A stretch of 64,000 bases of DNA, taken from NCBI GenBank assembly GCA_963700285.1, contig CAVOXA010000010.1:512001-576000 (forward strand), given 5' to 3'. The notes beneath the pieces were generated by a model. That model ran no database searches. It had not been told where the DNA came from and was given only the letters and a program-made list of their open reading frames with translations. Source of the DNA: an uncultured Chloroflexia bacterium. Lineage in GTDB: Bacteria; Chloroflexota; Anaerolineae; JAAYZQ01. Made by a program: the position numbers and the translations under genes. Positions 38,038-47,566 of this stretch are shown in pieces; the first letter of the stretch is position 1; each line of letters begins with the position of its first letter.

Positions 38038-39225
38038 GGGTGGCCCGCTTTTTGGCGCTGGAGGGCCAGGAGCCGGCCAGAGTGATGCCCTGGCGCGTCC
38101 AAACGACCGCCTGGACCAGGTCCTCATCCTGCCATTCGTAGTGCTTGGCCAGTTCCTCGCAGGCATAGACGGCGCCTGCCGTCTCGACCAAGCGCTGCCA
38201 CCAGGGCAGCGCCTCCCCGCGGCGGTCCTGACACTTGAGCAGGTAGGCCAGGTCGCGCATGGCCATCTCGCAGACCTGGGTAGAGCGGCTGGTCCGGGCG
38301 GCCTGCGTGAAGGCTGCTTCGGCTCGATCCAGTTGCCCCAGGTCGTGTAACAAGCGGCCCAGGCCGTATAGATCCTCGCCTGGCACGCCGGCTTCAAGCG
38401 GTAGAGGCGCCGCCAGCAGGTCGCACAGCCGCGCAGTCAGTGTCACCAGCGACAGGATGTCCTGGGCGTTGTGGTAAAAGATGCGGGGCATCTCGCGGGC
38501 GTCGCCGGTGCGGGCATAGTCCGCGTACAGGCTGGGGATGAGCCAGCCGGGCACGTCGGCCTGGGTGCGCTGCACGCCCAGGACTTCGGTCTCCAGCGAC
38601 GACAGGGCGCAGGAGTCGAGGCGATACTTCCAGAAGCGGCGGGCTGCGGGCAGCAGGTCCAGGTGGGGGGCGTCGACCAGGCGGGGCGGTTGGCGGGTCA
38701 TGATGAAGCGGGTCTCCAGCAGGGGCAGGTCAAAGCTCTTGCCGTTAAAGCTGACCACGGCCTCCAGCCCGTCGAGCAGCTCGCCCAGGGCCTGGAGCTG
38801 GGCCGGCTCCTCGTGATAGTCGCGCATGAAGAACTGGTGGATGGTGAACCGCTCCCCTTCGAACAGGCCGACGCCCACCAGAAAGGCATAGGTGCCGGTG
38901 CCGCCGGCCAGGCCGGTGGTCTCGGTGTCGACGAAGGCCATGCGCTCGTAGTCCACGCCGGCCAGGCGCTCGTCGCGGGCCAGGCGGGCAGCGACCTCGC
39001 GGGGTATGGGCCAGCAGGTCAGCCAGGGCATGGTGACCGTGACGGTAGCCGGACTCGTAGCTCTCGCGGTACAGGAAAAAGGGCCCCGGCTCGGTGTCCA
39101 CCACCTCGCCGGGCAGCAGTGCCTCGATGGGCCGCCCCGGCGTCGGGGTTCGGGCTTGAGCTGTCGGCATGCCCCGGCGCAGGCCGAGACGTCTCAGTTG
39201 CTCGCGCAGGTCGAGGGTTGCCCAT
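37976..39225 (-). CDS. YprB-like RNase H-fold exonuclease with C-terminal TPR-like helices, frameshifted 5' end
   Basis: DTETTGL, SFNGKSFD, HLDLL and HNAQDILSL motifs. The N-terminus MGNLDLREQL is recovered with indel correction. Confidence 0.85.
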
Positions 39226-39237
39226 GCGATGCCTGGC

Positions 39238-40267
39238 TCAGGGCTGCAGCAGCCCCAAGAGCACGCCCACGGCGTTGTAGCTGGCGTGGATCAGGATGCA
39301 GACGGTGGTGTTGGTCCGGTTGCGCATCAGGCCCAGCACCAGGCCGATGACAAAGATCTCCAGGGTGGCCATCGTCAGCCCGTATTGCAGGTGGCCGATG
39401 GCGAAAAGGATCGGTCGCCAGCAAGAGCCCCAGCCGGGGCTGGACGGCGCCCCGGAACAGCAGCTCCTCGCTGATGCCGGCCGACAGGCCCAGGACCATG
39501 GCCCCGCCGACCGTCATCAGGCCGCCAAAGATGTTCTCGGTGACCCGCTCCACGAGGTCGTAGCCGGCCGGGTCCACCTCCTCCCAGGCCAGGTTGACGC
39601 CCAAGTCAAAGGCCAGCAACAGGACGGTGACGCCGGCGGCAGCGAGCAGTTGCTTCCACGGTCGGGCGGCGCAGACCCAGGCGCCCCAGAGTGAGACGCC
39701 CATCGCGCCGGATGAACAGACCGACACCGGCCAGGGCAAAGAGTACGAGGGGCAGGCCGGTCAGCAGGATATCCCAGATCGTCAGGGCCAATTCGGTCGT
39801 CGATCAGGTTCTCCAGGTCGCCGATGAGGGCCATCTGGCCCAGGCTCAGGCCGATCTGGTAGACGGCAAAGGCCAGGGCCGTGGTGTGGACCACCGAATT
39901 GGGGTCGATGGGCAGCCAGCGGGCCAGCCAGCGCCGCACGGCCGGGATCAGGGGCAAGCAGGCCAGGAGTGCGGTCAGTAGGGCGACGACGGCCACGGCC
40001 CAGCCAGTTGGTGGCCAGGGTCTGAGGGGGCATGGTCTCGGGCATCAACATCGTGGCCACCTGGTTGAGCAGGGCCAAGCCCACGAAAGCCAGGATTGCC
40101 AGATTGATCCCCCCCAGCAGCACGTAGGGCCCGTGGCGCAGCAGCAGGTCAACGGCGCGGTCCCGCTGCTGGTAGCCGATCACATAGGGTGACAGCCGGT
40201 GTCGCTCGCTGAAATTGGCCCAGACGATGGGTACGAGCAAGGGCAAGGTGAGTAGCAGAATTTCCAT
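39238..40267 (-). CDS. CPBP (CAAX/Abi) intramembrane protease, frameshifted
   Basis: EELLFRG, FAIGHLQY and LIHASYN motifs across ORF pieces, with multiple transmembrane segments. Confidence 0.82.
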
Positions 40268-40285
40268 AGCGTCTCCTCGGCGCGG

Positions 40286-40314
40286 ATTATACCACCCTTT
40301 GCGGGGGTTGGCAA
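40286..40314 (-). promoter_or_regulatory. sigma70 promoter for CPBP-yprB
   Basis: Minus strand TTGCCA-17 nt-TATAAT. Confidence 0.75.
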
Positions 40315-40749
40315 TGGGCGGTGCGGCTGCTACTTGCTTCTGGTACTGGTTTCTGTTTTACCATGGAGGCGCTGAGGGCACGAAGAGGACTGGGGATCCT
40401 GTCCAGTCATTTGTTCGTACGAGCGCTGTGGGTATTCGAAGCAGAAGGTTCCTCTGGTAGGGGATTTGAGGGTTGTGGGTGGGGTTGATCGGTCAACATA
40501 TGCCAGCCAAGGCAGGTTGAAACGAAGCAGAAGCGAGTAGCAGACCGGGATGAGGGATTCCGGCAAGCGGTTTGGTCCTGAGAAGGCAGTTGAGAGGGCT
40601 GTGGGGCAAGCTGGGTACGACCTAAGCCGCATGCCGATGACCTGGTTGTGTCGGGGATTCAACCTGGAACGGCCGATGAAACTGGACGGCGCAGATGTCC
40701 CCAGCCAGTGACGGTTCCAAACACCGCATTTCCGGGCCAGGACCTTTTG

Positions 40750-40758
40750 TGGTATAAT
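40750..40758 (+). promoter_or_regulatory. Extended -10 promoter for a (near-)leaderless hypA
   Basis: TGGTATAAT lies 8 nt before the ATG. No SD. Confidence 0.65.
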
Positions 40759-40766
40759 ACGCCGCT

Positions 40767-41111
40767 ATGCACGAGCTATCGATTACGCAGAGTGTCTTGG
40801 ACATTGTTCTTCGCCATGCCATGCAGTCCAATGCCCAGCGCATACTGGGCATCAACCTGGTCATTGGTGAGCTGACCGGGTTCGTGGATGACTCTATCCA
40901 ATTCTACTTCGACTTTATGTCAAAAGATACCCTGGCCCAGGGTGCGGAACTGAATTTTGAGCGCATCCCTGCCCGGGTCCGGTGCCACATTTGTGGTGCC
41001 GAGTACGCGCCACCCGACAGCCGGTTGTGGGCCTGTCCCGAATGCGAGGCCCTGGGGGGTGAGATTGTCAGCGGCAGAGAATTCTCTGTCGCGAGTATTG
41101 AGATAGAATAG
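40767..41111 (+). CDS. hypA: Hydrogenase nickel metallochaperone
   Basis: MHELSI, CxxC...CPxC and GRE motifs. Confidence 0.96.
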   Translation: MHELSITQSVLDIVLRHAMQSNAQRILGINLVIGELTGFVDDSIQFYFDFMSKDTLAQGAELNFERIPARVRCHICGAEYAPPDSRLWACPECEALGGEIVSGREFSVASIEIE

Positions 41112-41126
41112 GGAGGGGGCACGTTC

Positions 41127-41780
41127 ATGTTCACAGAAGTACTCCCCGTCTTGGAGGATATTTTGAGCGCCAACGACCTGGTCGCACTCGAGAATCGACA
41201 GATGCTCGACGAGCACCAGGTATTGGCTGTCAATGTCATGGCTTCGCCTGGCGCTGGCAAGACCAGCTTGATCCTGCGCACCATAGAAGCGCTTCAAGGC
41301 CGGCTGCGGCCGGGCGTCATCGAGGGCGACGTGGCTGGCCGCGTGGACGCCGACAAAGTGGCCGAAACCGGCACCCCGGTCGTCCAGATCAATACCGGCG
41401 GCGGCTGCCACCTGGATGCGCCGCAGGTACGTAGTGCCTTGCAACGACTGCCCCTGGGTCAGATCGACCTGCTCTTTATAGAGAATGTGGGCAACCTGGT
41501 CTGTCCGACCGGTTTTGCCCTAGGCGAGCATGTTAATATGATGGTCGCCCACGTCGCAGAGGGGGATGACAAGCCCATCAAGTATCCGGGCATGTTCGCT
41601 GCGGTAGATGCTCTGGTTCTCAACAAGATTGACCTGATGCCCTACCTGGATTTTGACCTGGAAGCCTTCACCACAGCCGTGCGCGCCTTGAATCAGGATG
41701 TGTCCATCTTTCAGGTTTCTTGCAAGACTGGCGATGGTTTGGAGGCTTGGGTGGAATGGCTGAGCCGCCAATCGCGCTAA
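41127..41780 (+). CDS. hypB: Hydrogenase nickel incorporation GTPase
   Basis: SPGAGKT, GCHLDA, ENVGNLVCP and NKID motifs. Confidence 0.96.
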   Translation: MFTEVLPVLEDILSANDLVALENRQMLDEHQVLAVNVMASPGAGKTSLILRTIEALQGRLRPGVIEGDVAGRVDADKVAETGTPVVQINTGGGCHLDAPQVRSALQRLPLGQIDLLFIENVGNLVCPTGFALGEHVNMMVAHVAEGDDKPIKYPGMFAAVDALVLNKIDLMPYLDFDLEAFTTAVRALNQDVSIFQVSCKTGDGLEAWVEWLSRQSR

Positions 41781-44104
41781 GGCAGATCAGCGTGCGCGGG
41801 GTGGTGCAGGGCGTTGGTTTCCGCCCCTTTGTCTACCGCCTGGCCCGCGACCACGCTCTTGCAGGCTGGGTACTTAACCATTCGGGCGGGGTCGACATCG
41901 AGGTGGAGGGCGCGCTCCCGGCCCTGGACGCCTTTGTCCATGGCCTGACAGAACAAGCGCCGCCCCTGGCTCGTATCGTGGCGGTGGAAGTCGTCGAGGC
42001 CCCCGCCCGCGGTTATGAACACTTTGAGATCCGCCATAGCGTAGCTGAGGAGGGGCGCTATCAGCTTATCTCACCCGACATTGCCACCTGTGCTGACTGC
42101 CGGCGTGAGCTGCTGGACCCCAATGACCGCCGCTACCGCTACCCCTTTACCAATTGCACGAACTGCGGGCCACGGTTCACCATCATCCGCGACATCCCCT
42201 ACGACCGGCCTTTGACCACCATGCAACCCTTTGTCATGTGCCCCCACTGCCAGCGCGAGTACGATGACCCGCTGGACCGGCGCTTTCACGCCCAACCCAA
42301 TGCCTGCCCGGTGTGCGGCCCGCAGGTCTGGCTGGAGGGTTCTGGTACGGCCGGACCCCACCTCGCGGAGCGGGATGACGCCGTACGGCTGGCCGGTCGG
42401 ATGCTTGTAGCGGGCAAAGTGCTGGCCATCAAAGGGCTGGGCGGCTTTCATCTGGCTTGTGACGCGACGAATGCAACTGCCGTTGGCGTCTTGCGGAAGC
42501 GGAAGGGCCGGCCGGCCAAGCCTCTGGCTGTGATGATGGCCAGTATGGACCATGTCCGTCGGCAGTGCCACGTATCCGAAGAGGAGGAATCTCTGCTCGC
42601 GAGCCAGCAGTGTCCCATAGTCTTGCTGCGCTGGAGAGATGATTCTTCCATCGTCCCTGAAGTAGCTCCCCAGAACCTTTACCTAGGCGTCATGCTGGCC
42701 TATACTCCCCTGCACCATATTCTTTTGCGCGACGTGTGCCGTCCCCTGGTGATGACCAGTGGCAACTTGTCCGAAGAGCCCATCGCTCAGAGCAACGACG
42801 AGGCCCGCCAGCGATTGGGCCCCCTGGCCGATGCCTTCCTGATGCACAACCGCGATATCTATGCCCGCTACGATGATTCAGTGGTGTTTGTCACCCAATC
42901 CACAACGCTCCAAGCTTCGAATTCCCAATCTACCCAGTACATCCGGCGTTCGCGGGGCTATGCGCCGCTTCCGGTCCGGTTGCCGTTCAAGACAGGACAG
43001 ATGCTGGCAACTGGCTCCGAACTGAAAAACACATTCTGCCTGACGCGGGACGATTTTGCCTTTGTCAGCCAGCATATAGGCGACATGGAAAACCTGGAGA
43101 CCTTGGAACATTTTGAGGCCTCAGTCGCGCTCTTCCAGCATATTTTCCGCACAGAGCCGGAGCTTTTCGCCCACGATCTTCATCCCGACTACCATGCCAC
43201 CAAATTCGCCCAAACACAAAGCTCCGATGGCCAGCCCCTTGTGCCCATCCAGCATCACCAGGCCCACATCGCTTCCTGTCTTGTCGACAATGGTTGGGGA
43301 AAGGCATCTGGTCCCGTTATTGGCGTGGCCTGGGATGGCACGGGCTATGGGCCCGATGGTCGCATCTGGGGTGGGGAGTTCTTTGTTGGCGACTACTGCG
43401 GCTTTCGACGTGCAGCGCATTTAGAGTACCTGCCTATGCCTGGCGGCGAAAGCGCTATCCGAAATCCGTGGCGATTGGCGGCGGGCTATGTCTATGCTTT
43501 GACCGGCGAGATGCCGGCAACGGCCGGCATCGCTGATCAGGATCTGCGCATCCTCCGCCAGCAGGTGGACAGGAACCTGAACGCACCGCTTACGTCAGCC
43601 GCGGGCCGTCTCTTTGATGCCGTAGCCGCCCTGGCCGGCGTCCGGCAGCAGGTGACCTATGAGGCCCAGGCAGCCATTGAACTGGAGATGTTGGCAACCA
43701 GGTGGGCCTTTGACTGCGCAGCAGACATCCATGCTCCGGCCTACGCCTATGAAATAGAGGACGGAGTAGATGGGGCTGTGATCCGTCTGCGCCGATTGCT
43801 CCAGGCGGTCCAGTCAGATGTAGAGGAAGGCGCCGGCCCTGGTGAGATCGGACACCGCTTCCACCGGACCCTGGCCGAGATGATCGTTGCGGTATGCCAG
43901 CAGATTGCTGCCGCGCAAGGTCCAAGGATCGTGGCTCTCAGCGGTGGTTGTTTCCAGAACCGGCTTCTGCTGGCCTTGACCGTACCCAAGCTAGAGGGCG
44001 CTGGGTTTCAGGTATTGCTGCACCGGCAGGTACCGTGCAACGACGGCGGCATCAGCCTGGGACAGGCGGCGCTGGCTCACTTTGCCGCCCTTGATTCGAA
44101 ATAG
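41756..44104 (+). CDS. hypF: Carbamoyltransferase
   Basis: GVVQGVGFRPF, zinc fingers, QHHQAH and PCNDGGISLGQ motifs. Confidence 0.96.
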   Translation: MAEPPIALRQISVRGVVQGVGFRPFVYRLARDHALAGWVLNHSGGVDIEVEGALPALDAFVHGLTEQAPPLARIVAVEVVEAPARGYEHFEIRHSVAEEGRYQLISPDIATCADCRRELLDPNDRRYRYPFTNCTNCGPRFTIIRDIPYDRPLTTMQPFVMCPHCQREYDDPLDRRFHAQPNACPVCGPQVWLEGSGTAGPHLAERDDAVRLAGRMLVAGKVLAIKGLGGFHLACDATNATAVGVLRKRKGRPAKPLAVMMASMDHVRRQCHVSEEEESLLASQQCPIVLLRWRDDSSIVPEVAPQNLYLGVMLAYTPLHHILLRDVCRPLVMTSGNLSEEPIAQSNDEARQRLGPLADAFLMHNRDIYARYDDSVVFVTQSTTLQASNSQSTQYIRRSRGYAPLPVRLPFKTGQMLATGSELKNTFCLTRDDFAFVSQHIGDMENLETLEHFEASVALFQHIFRTEPELFAHDLHPDYHATKFAQTQSSDGQPLVPIQHHQAHIASCLVDNGWGKASGPVIGVAWDGTGYGPDGRIWGGEFFVGDYCGFRRAAHLEYLPMPGGESAIRNPWRLAAGYVYALTGEMPATAGIADQDLRILRQQVDRNLNAPLTSAAGRLFDAVAALAGVRQQVTYEAQAAIELEMLATRWAFDCAADIHAPAYAYEIEDGVDGAVIRLRRLLQAVQSDVEEGAGPGEIGHRFHRTLAEMIVAVCQQIAAAQGPRIVALSGGCFQNRLLLALTVPKLEGAGFQVLLHRQVPCNDGGISLGQAALAHFAALDSK

Positions 44105-44180
44105 ATCCAATCATGCTATGGCGAGTGACTGTCTCCTCTGGTGTGTTGGGAAGAAGAACCGAGTGGTGTATACTGGTAAC

Positions 44181-45272
44181 ATGAAATACATAGACGAGTT
44201 TCGAGACCCTACCCTGGCCCGCAATTTGCTGTCTCGCATTGAGGCTCGCTCCACGCGGCCGGTTCGGCTCATGGAGTTTTGCGGCGGCCATACCCACGCT
44301 ATTCTGCGCTATGGCCTGCGTAGCCTACTGCCTCCCACGGTAGACCTCCGCTCCGGGCCAGGCTGCCCGGTGTGCGTCACAGCCAACGCAGACCTGGACC
44401 ATGCCATTGCCCTGGCCCGCGTTCCGGACCTGATTCTGACCACCTTTGGCGACATGGTCCGCGTGCCAGGAAGCAGCCAGACCTTGCAGGACGCCAGGGC
44501 TTCCGGTGCCGATGTCAGGATGGTCTACTCGACCCTGGACGCTCTGCAGATAGCGCGGGACAATTCCTCGCGCCCCGTAGTCTTTTTGGGTGTTGGCTTT
44601 GAGACGACGGCGCCCACCATTGCGGCTGCCTTGCTCCAGGCCCAGGCGGAGGTATTGGAGAACTTTTCCGTTCTCAGTCTGCACAAGCTAACCCCCCCCG
44701 CCACCCGAGCCATTCTCGATGAGGGTGAGGTGGCTGTGGATGGCATCATTGGCCCTGGTCACGTAACCACCATTATTGGCGCTGACACCTGGCGCTTTCT
44801 GCCGGAGGACTATGCTGTGCCTGTGGCCATTGCTGGATTTGAGCCGCTGGATATCCTCCGAGCGGTGGCCGACCTGGTCGATATGATCGAAGATGGGCGG
44901 CCCGCTGTGGCCAATGCCTATGCCCGCAGCGTGACCCGTGTGGGCAACCAAGCGGCATTGGAGGTACTGAGCCGTGTCTTTGCGGTTGGCGCTGCCGAGT
45001 GGCGTGGTTTGGGAGCCGTGCCTGCCAGCGGGCTGCGCATCCGCGACGAGCTGGCCAGCCATGATGCTGCTCGCCTGTTCGATGTTGATCCTGGCCCCAC
45101 ACGAGAGCACAAGGGCTGCCTTTGCGGTGACGTGCTGCGGGGCACCGTTGTACCTCCCGAGTGTCCCCTCTTTGATACGGTCTGTACCCCGGCCCAGCCT
45201 ATCGGCCCCTGTATGGTCTCGGCGGAAGGCGCCTGCGCAGCCCACTATCAGTTCGGGCGGGAATTCGAATGA
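44181..45272 (+). CDS. hypD: Hydrogenase formation protein
   Basis: CGGHTH, GPGCPVC, GFETT and GPCMVSAEGAC motifs. Confidence 0.96.
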   Translation: MKYIDEFRDPTLARNLLSRIEARSTRPVRLMEFCGGHTHAILRYGLRSLLPPTVDLRSGPGCPVCVTANADLDHAIALARVPDLILTTFGDMVRVPGSSQTLQDARASGADVRMVYSTLDALQIARDNSSRPVVFLGVGFETTAPTIAAALLQAQAEVLENFSVLSLHKLTPPATRAILDEGEVAVDGIIGPGHVTTIIGADTWRFLPEDYAVPVAIAGFEPLDILRAVADLVDMIEDGRPAVANAYARSVTRVGNQAALEVLSRVFAVGAAEWRGLGAVPASGLRIRDELASHDAARLFDVDPGPTREHKGCLCGDVLRGTVVPPECPLFDTVCTPAQPIGPCMVSAEGACAAHYQFGREFE

Positions 45273-46306
45273 CCGGCGAAGTGATCCTACTGGCCCACGG
45301 CTCCGGCGGCAAGCTCAGCCACGATCTGGTTGAGAACCTTTTCCTCCGTCATTTTGACAACCCTACTCTCCTCAAGTTGGATGACTCGGCCATTCTGCCC
45401 ATCCCTGGTCCCCAACACCCAAACTCCAGTACCCAGCTTGCCTTTTCTACCGATAGCTACGTCGTCAGTCCTCTCTTCTTCCCCGGGGGTGACATCGGCA
45501 AGCTCGCCGTGTGTGGTACCGTGAATGACCTGAGTATGAGTGGCGCCATGCCTCTGTGGTTAAGTGCTGGATTCATCCTTGAAGAGGGGTTGCCACTGGC
45601 CGAGTTGGAGCGTATCGTGGCTTCCATGGCAGCCACGGCCGAGAGGGCCGGCGTACAGATCGTGACCGGCGACACCAAGGTCGTGGACAAGGGCAGCGCC
45701 GACAAGATGTTCATCAACACCGCTGGCGTAGGCCTCGTGCCCCCGGGCATCGAGATCTCGGGCAATCGGGCACTGCCCGGTGACGCCGTCATCCTGAGTG
45801 GTACCATCGGCGACCATGGCATGACGATTATGACCCAGCGCGAGGGTCTACAGTTTAACAGCCTCCTGGAGAGCGACTGCGCGCCCCTGAATGGGATGGT
45901 CACTGCCCTGCTGGATGCGGTGCCCTCAGGAGCCATCCGGTGCCTGCGGGATCCCACTCGAGGGGGTCTGGCCACGGCCCTGAACGAACTGGCAGGCCGC
46001 TCCGGTACCGGCATTGAGATCGACGAGACCTCCGTCCCGATCCGCGATACAGTACGCGGCGCTTGCGAGTTGCTTGGCCTGGATCCACTCTACGTGGCCA
46101 ACGAGGGCAAGCTGGTGGCCATCGTCGCGCCGGAGGCCGTCAGAACAGCGCTGACTGGCCTGCACGCCCACGAATTCGGCCAGGAGGCAGCCCTCATTGG
46201 GCGGGTGACAGAGGGCCATCCCGGGCGAGTGGTGTTGCGCACGGCTCTTGGGGCCCGGCGTGTCGTCAACATGCTGGTGGGCGAGCAGTTGCCCCGGATC
46301 TGCTAG
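45269..46306 (+). CDS. hypE: Carbamoyl dehydratase
   Basis: HGSGG, GTVNDL, RDPTRGG and C-terminal PRIC motifs. Confidence 0.96.
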   Translation: MTGEVILLAHGSGGKLSHDLVENLFLRHFDNPTLLKLDDSAILPIPGPQHPNSSTQLAFSTDSYVVSPLFFPGGDIGKLAVCGTVNDLSMSGAMPLWLSAGFILEEGLPLAELERIVASMAATAERAGVQIVTGDTKVVDKGSADKMFINTAGVGLVPPGIEISGNRALPGDAVILSGTIGDHGMTIMTQREGLQFNSLLESDCAPLNGMVTALLDAVPSGAIRCLRDPTRGGLATALNELAGRSGTGIEIDETSVPIRDTVRGACELLGLDPLYVANEGKLVAIVAPEAVRTALTGLHAHEFGQEAALIGRVTEGHPGRVVLRTALGARRVVNMLVGEQLPRIC

Positions 46307-46362
46307 AAGTGGCTGCAGGTGCGTGATCTGGTTCTCTGCCCCAGATCTGTGCTGCACCCTGG

Positions 46363-46461
46363 ACGATCCCTTCGTTCGACCCTTTTATGGCCTGGGGCGT
46401 CTACATCGTGGACACACAGGGCAACGAGCTGACCCGCGTTGGGTTGGAAGGATATAGGTAG
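46363..46461 (+). pseudogene. Decayed C-terminus of a group 1 [NiFe]-hydrogenase large subunit
   Basis: Reads TIPSFDPFMAWGVYIVDTQGNELTRV. Compare the L2 consensus TIHSFDPCMACGVHIVD..G.EL.RV. Confidence 0.8.
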
Positions 46462-46464
46462 ATT

Positions 46465-46953
46465 GTGAAGACGCTGATACTCGGCCTGGGCAATATCCTG
46501 CTGGGCGATGAGGGTGTGGGGGTACGGGTAGTGGAGCGACTACTGGCGCGCTATGATTTTCCCCAGGACACGCAGGTCATGGATGGGGGCACGCTGGCTC
46601 TGGATCTGCTGCCCTACGTGGAGGACGCCGACCGTCTGCTGGTAATCGATGCCGTAGATCTGCGCGCGGAGCCAGGCACGGTCGTCCGCATAGCGAACGA
46701 GGAGGTGCCTGTCTTCCTCAGTGTCAAGCTGTCTCCGCACCAGATGGGATTGGCGGACATCCTATCCGCCGCCCACTTGCGGGGTCACTTGCCCGGCGAA
46801 ATGGTGTTGCGGGGCGTGCAGCCGGGGGTGATAGACACCACACTGGACCTGTCGGCGCCCGTGGCTACCCAGGTTGACGTTCTGGTGGATGGAGTATTGG
46901 CGGATCTGAGCCAGTGGGGTATCGAGCCCACCAAGAGGGGAGAGCGAAGATGA
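46465..46953 (+). CDS. HyaD/HybD family hydrogenase maturation endopeptidase
   Basis: LGLGNILLGDEGVG, DGGT, IDAV and SPHQ motifs. Confidence 0.92.
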   Translation: MKTLILGLGNILLGDEGVGVRVVERLLARYDFPQDTQVMDGGTLALDLLPYVEDADRLLVIDAVDLRAEPGTVVRIANEEVPVFLSVKLSPHQMGLADILSAAHLRGHLPGEMVLRGVQPGVIDTTLDLSAPVATQVDVLVDGVLADLSQWGIEPTKRGERR

Positions 46954-47087
46954 AATCCGACGAAAAGCGTGTGAACTGCCTGGTACCTGAAGGGTGAGTT
47001 GCCAGGGCGCTATCCCGAAGGGAGTCCCTGAAACCGTCGGGAGTGAGAGAAAGAGCGAGTCGCTGGAAAGTTTACACCAGAACCTAG
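46950..47087 (+). pseudogene. Decayed N-terminus of a Tat-exported protein
   Basis: ATG overlaps the protease TGA. Reads MKSDEKRVNCLVPEG*VARALSRRESLKPSGV, compare SRREFLKLSG. Confidence 0.55.
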
Positions 47088-47103
47088 ATAGGGAGCTAGA
47101 GAT

Positions 47104-47391
47104 ATGTGTCTTGCCATTCCGGCACAGATCAAATCGATTACTGGCGTTGAGGCCGACGTAGACGTCGGCGGTGTGCAGCGTACCATCAGCCTGGTGCTCA
47201 CGCCCGAGGCACAGGTCGGCGAATATGTCTACGTCCATACCGGGTTTTCCATCAGTATCATGGACGAAGCGGAGGCGCTAGAAAGCCTGCGCCTGATTCA
47301 GGAGTTGGCCGAGACTTATCCGGTCGACGAGCTATTTTTGACCACCGGTGATCTACCCCAACGGGATGAGAAACTGAAGCCGGCCGGTTGA
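47104..47391 (+). CDS. hypC: Hydrogenase chaperone
   Basis: MCLAIPA and YVHTGF motifs. Confidence 0.95.
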   Translation: MCLAIPAQIKSITGVEADVDVGGVQRTISLVLTPEAQVGEYVYVHTGFSISIMDEAEALESLRLIQELAETYPVDELFLTTGDLPQRDEKLKPAG

Positions 47392-47426
47392 GGCCAGTCT
47401 GCATTGGTTGATACAGGTCAAACGGG

Positions 47427-47468
47427 ACACAGATCCCTTCCGTGGGGAAGAGGTCTGTGTTTCTGTTT
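47427..47468 (+). terminator. Probable terminator after hypC
   Basis: ACACAGATC-CCTTCC..GGAAGA-GGTCTGTGT followed by TTCTGTTT. Confidence 0.6.
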
Positions 47469-47537
47469 GCTGCCCGGGAAAGAAAGCTCGTCGTCTGTCC
47501 CTCCAGCTTGACACGGAATTCACAAATGCTTGGCGAT

Positions 47538-47566
47538 TTGACACGGCGCTTCACCTGAGGTATTAT
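47538..47566 (+). promoter_or_regulatory. sigma70 promoter of the hydrogenase operon
   Basis: TTGACA-17 nt-TATTAT. Confidence 0.8.

Noticed and set aside
40357-40388. Degenerate ACCACGGAGGCAC-type intergenic repeat
   Set aside because: There is only one weak copy in the window, which is not enough to call a repeat.
46971-47008. IS200/IS605-type end (GTGAACTGCC...CCTGAAGGG)
   Set aside because: The palindrome is imperfect, no tnpA/tnpB is nearby, and a coding remnant explains the region better.
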